Shown here piece after piece: positions 7,496 to 9,527 of a DNA stretch of 9,527 bases. Position 1 is the first letter of the stretch. Each line of letters starts with the position of its first letter. A model generated the notes under the pieces. That model was given only the letters and a program-made list of their open reading frames with translations, was not told the origin of the DNA and did not search any database. A program made the position numbers and the translations under genes. The stretch lies in IMG/VR virus record IMGVR_UViG_2648501334_000004, positions 1 through 9,527 of that record. One strand, 5' to 3'. This stretch comes from a virus (taxonomy: Duplodnaviria; Heunggongvirae; Uroviricota; Caudoviricetes).

Positions 7496-8167
7496 TCAGC
7501 GACCAATCACCACAACCTGACCACCGTCCCCTTCGTCTGCCGTGCTGATCTCCTGAGAAACCACCCGCGACCCCACACGCATTTCACCGTACAGAACAGG
7601 CAGAACATTGCCCTGAGCAACCATGTTATCCAGTGAGGAAAAATAGGTGTTCTGTTTGCCGTTATCCGTTGTCTGTGTACGGGGAGTTCTGGCTTTCGGT
7701 GCCAGCATCTGCGCCACACCACCGAGCACCATACTGGCACCGAGAGAAAACAGGATGCCGGTCATACCACCGGCCCCAATGGCTGCCCCCCATGCTGCAA
7801 GGGTGGCTCCGGCAGTAAAGAATGATCCGGCAATGGCGGCAGCTCCCAGGACAATCTGGAATACACCACCTGACTTGGCCCCGGCGACTCTGGGAACAAT
7901 ATGAATCACAGCGCCATCAGGCAGAGTCTCATGTAACTGCGCCGTTAATCCGGACGTGCTGACATCCCGCCCGGCAATCCGTACCTGATACCAGCCGCCG
8001 CTCAGTTTCTGACGAAACGCCGGGAGCTGTGTGGCCAGTGCGCGGATGGCTTCAGCCCCCGTTTTCACACGAAGGTCGATGCGGCGGCCAAATCGTTGCA
8101 AATCCCCGTAAAGGCAGATGCGTGCCATTCCCGGTGACGCCAGAGGGAGTGTGTGCGTCGCTGCCAT
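7496..8167 (-). CDS. I: Tail assembly protein I
   Basis: 223-aa ORF with ATG at 8167; sequence MAATHTLPLASPGMARICLYGDLQRFGRRIDLRVKTGAEAIRALATQLP... matches lambda gpI (223 aa, recalled). Gly/Ala-rich hydrophobic segment in the C-terminal half. Starts inside the 3' end of K in another frame. Confidence 0.9.
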   Translation of the reverse strand: MAATHTLPLASPGMARICLYGDLQRFGRRIDLRVKTGAEAIRALATQLPAFRQKLSGGWYQVRIAGRDVSTSGLTAQLHETLPDGAVIHIVPRVAGAKSGGVFQIVLGAAAIAGSFFTAGATLAAWGAAIGAGGMTGILFSLGASMVLGGVAQMLAPKARTPRTQTTDNGKQNTYFSSLDNMVAQGNVLPVLYGEMRVGSRVVSQEISTADEGDGGQVVVIGR

Positions 8168-8808
8168 TTGTCGGTATACCTCTCTCGTTTACTCAGTTGT
8201 TCAGGAATATGGTGCAGCAGCTCGCCATCACCACAGTAAATGGCGGCATGATTCGGCACCGATGAACCAAAGCAGCACAGCAGCACGTCGCCAGGCTGCG
8301 CCTCTGTCAGTGCGACACGGTAAAAACCAGTCGCCTCCATATTGTCAAGATAGAGATTCTGACCGTTACGCCACCAGTCATCCCCGCGATGAAAATCCGG
8401 CATCTCAATCCCCGCCAGATGATAAGCATCCCGGAACAGCGTGTAACAGTCCGTCACCCCGTGCTCAAAGCGACGCCCGGTGAGATGCGGCACACAGCGG
8501 AACTTGTGAATCGCCCCCCGGCAGACCAGCCACCACGGCAAATCACTCTGCACCTGCAGCCGCCGGTCAGCCTCACTCAGCCAGGGCAGACCACCGGGAT
8601 GACTGTGGACCAGTGCCACAATCTCACCCTGCATCTCTGCCTGCAGCCAGTCCTCCGGAGCCATCCGGAAATAATCCTCCGGCTCACCGGAAATATTCAC
8701 GCAGGGGAAATATCTTTCCCCCTCCGGCGCTCTCACCACGAAGCCGCACGACTCCGCTGGCGCACATCGCCGGGCGTGCGCCAGAATCGCTGATTCTGTC
8801 TCTGTCAT
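8065..8808 (-). CDS. K: Tail tip assembly protein K (N-terminal MPN/JAMM-type domain plus C-terminal NlpC/P60-like Cys/His domain), 247-aa long form
   Basis: The ORF-track start at 8850 is TTG; the first ATG (8808..8806) gives MTETESAILAHARRCAPAESCGFV.... JAMM signature E...H-S-H-x7-S-x2-D is present (APAESCGF; ALVHSHPGGLPWLSEAD). Candidate NlpC/P60 catalytic Cys/His (GVTDCYTLF; VPNHAAIY). ATG is 4 nt after the L stop. The 103-nt overlap with I matches lambda K/I as I recall it. Confidence 0.85.
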   Translation of the reverse strand: MTETESAILAHARRCAPAESCGFVVRAPEGERYFPCVNISGEPEDYFRMAPEDWLQAEMQGEIVALVHSHPGGLPWLSEADRRLQVQSDLPWWLVCRGAIHKFRCVPHLTGRRFEHGVTDCYTLFRDAYHLAGIEMPDFHRGDDWWRNGQNLYLDNMEATGFYRVALTEAQPGDVLLCCFGSSVPNHAAIYCGDGELLHHIPEQLSKRERYTDKWQRRTHSLWRHREWHASAFTGICNDLAAASTFV

Positions 8809-8812
8809 GGGA

Positions 8813-9511
8813 TTACTGCGAAAGTTTGTTAATGGAAAGGAAGCCGCCAAAGTTGCCGACGTTATTGCGAAACTTACAGCCGCTCAGGCATTTGCTGCAT
8901 TTATCCTTCGTGATATCGGACGTCGGCTGGTCATATTCATCCGCGACCGCCGGACCGCTATAACCGCACTCATCGCCGCGATAGGTCCAGGTGCAGGTGT
9001 TGGCCAGCATGATACGCCCCGGAAAAACAGAGCCATCCGTTTCAGTCGGTGTGGACAGTACAAAAGAGGCACTCACCGCGCTCAGTTCGCTGCACTGCTC
9101 AATGCGCCAGCGGCTGATCACCTCCTGCTCCGGATCGGCGCCACTGTTTCCGTTGACGAAGTTCACCGCATCCAGAAAACGGGCGTAAACCTTACGCCGG
9201 ACCACCGTTCCACCGACCAGACTCTGCAGATCTTCCGCCATCCCGGTGACCATACCGTACAGGTTAGAAACCGTCAGTGTGGGGCGCGTACTGGTGCCTT
9301 TGCCATTCAGTTCAAAACCACTCCCCTGAATGGGATACGGCTGATACTGTCGCCCCTGCCAGGTGACCGGCTCACCTTTTTCGTTCTGCTCATTACAGAA
9401 AAAATAACGTTCTCCACCGACCTCTGTCAGGTCGATTTCCCAGAGCACCACGCTGGCCGACTGCTCCGCACGGGTGCATTCATTCAGTGTTTCCTGCCGG
9501 ATATCCTGCAT
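8813..9511 (-). CDS. L: Tail tip protein L
   Basis: 232-aa ORF with ATG at 9511; matches lambda gpL in length (232 aa, recalled) and sequence (MQDIRQETLNECTRAEQSASVVLWEIDLTEVGGERYFFCNEQ...). C-terminal cysteine cluster (C..C...C..C...C). The start overlaps the stop of the upstream partial ORF by 1 nt (TGATG). Confidence 0.9.
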   Translation of the reverse strand: MQDIRQETLNECTRAEQSASVVLWEIDLTEVGGERYFFCNEQNEKGEPVTWQGRQYQPYPIQGSGFELNGKGTSTRPTLTVSNLYGMVTGMAEDLQSLVGGTVVRRKVYARFLDAVNFVNGNSGADPEQEVISRWRIEQCSELSAVSASFVLSTPTETDGSVFPGRIMLANTCTWTYRGDECGYSGPAVADEYDQPTSDITKDKCSKCLSGCKFRNNVGNFGGFLSINKLSQ

Positions 9512-9527
9512 CAGTTCACCACCTGTT
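9511..9527 (-). CDS. M: Tail assembly protein M, extreme C-terminus only (partial; N-terminus beyond the right window edge)
   Basis: Minus-strand reading CAG GTG GTG AAC TGA encodes ...QVVN*, with the TGA sharing its A with the L ATG. This matches the 1-nt M/L overlap and the ...QVVN C-terminus I recall for lambda gpM. Only 5 codons are visible. Confidence 0.5.

Noticed and set aside
7507-8483. Several 60-134-aa ORFs on both strands overlapping K and I (e.g. 7507..7740, 7647..7904, 8118..8483, 8389..8793)
   Set aside because: All lie within or antisense to the confidently assigned K and I genes in GC-rich sequence where long spurious ORFs are expected. The exception is the real K/I overlap, which is retained.
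8809-8850. Upstream TTG start for K (track start 8850)
   Set aside because: The extension overlaps the 3' end of L. The first ATG at 8808, 4 nt after the L stop, gives the conserved MTETES... start and a lambda-like coupling geometry.

Overview
This window is the distal tail / host-range module of a lambda-like (lambdoid siphovirus) prophage, with every gene on the minus strand. Reading along the minus strand (window right to left): the last 5 codons of tail gene M, then L, K, I, J, lom, stf, a 93-aa acidic ORF, and a further ORF that runs off the left edge of the window. Gene identities rest on recognisable protein sequences, motifs and lambda-like gene order and overlaps; comparisons to lambda are from memory, not a database search. 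The right ~7.3 kb (M' to the N-terminal half of stf) is GC-rich and lambda-like. The left ~2.2 kb is visibly AT-rich: one sampled 60-nt line (541-600) is 18/60 G+C, against 39/60 for a line inside J (5581-5640). The most interesting part is this low-GC cassette: a foreign distal half of Stf, a tightly coupled 93-aa acidic protein where lambda has tfa, and an edge-truncated ORF (absent from the ORF track) with a peptidase-S74-type intramolecular chaperone motif. I propose it as a swapped receptor-binding apparatus; that is inference. No tRNA, rRNA, CRISPR array, integrase or transposase was seen.
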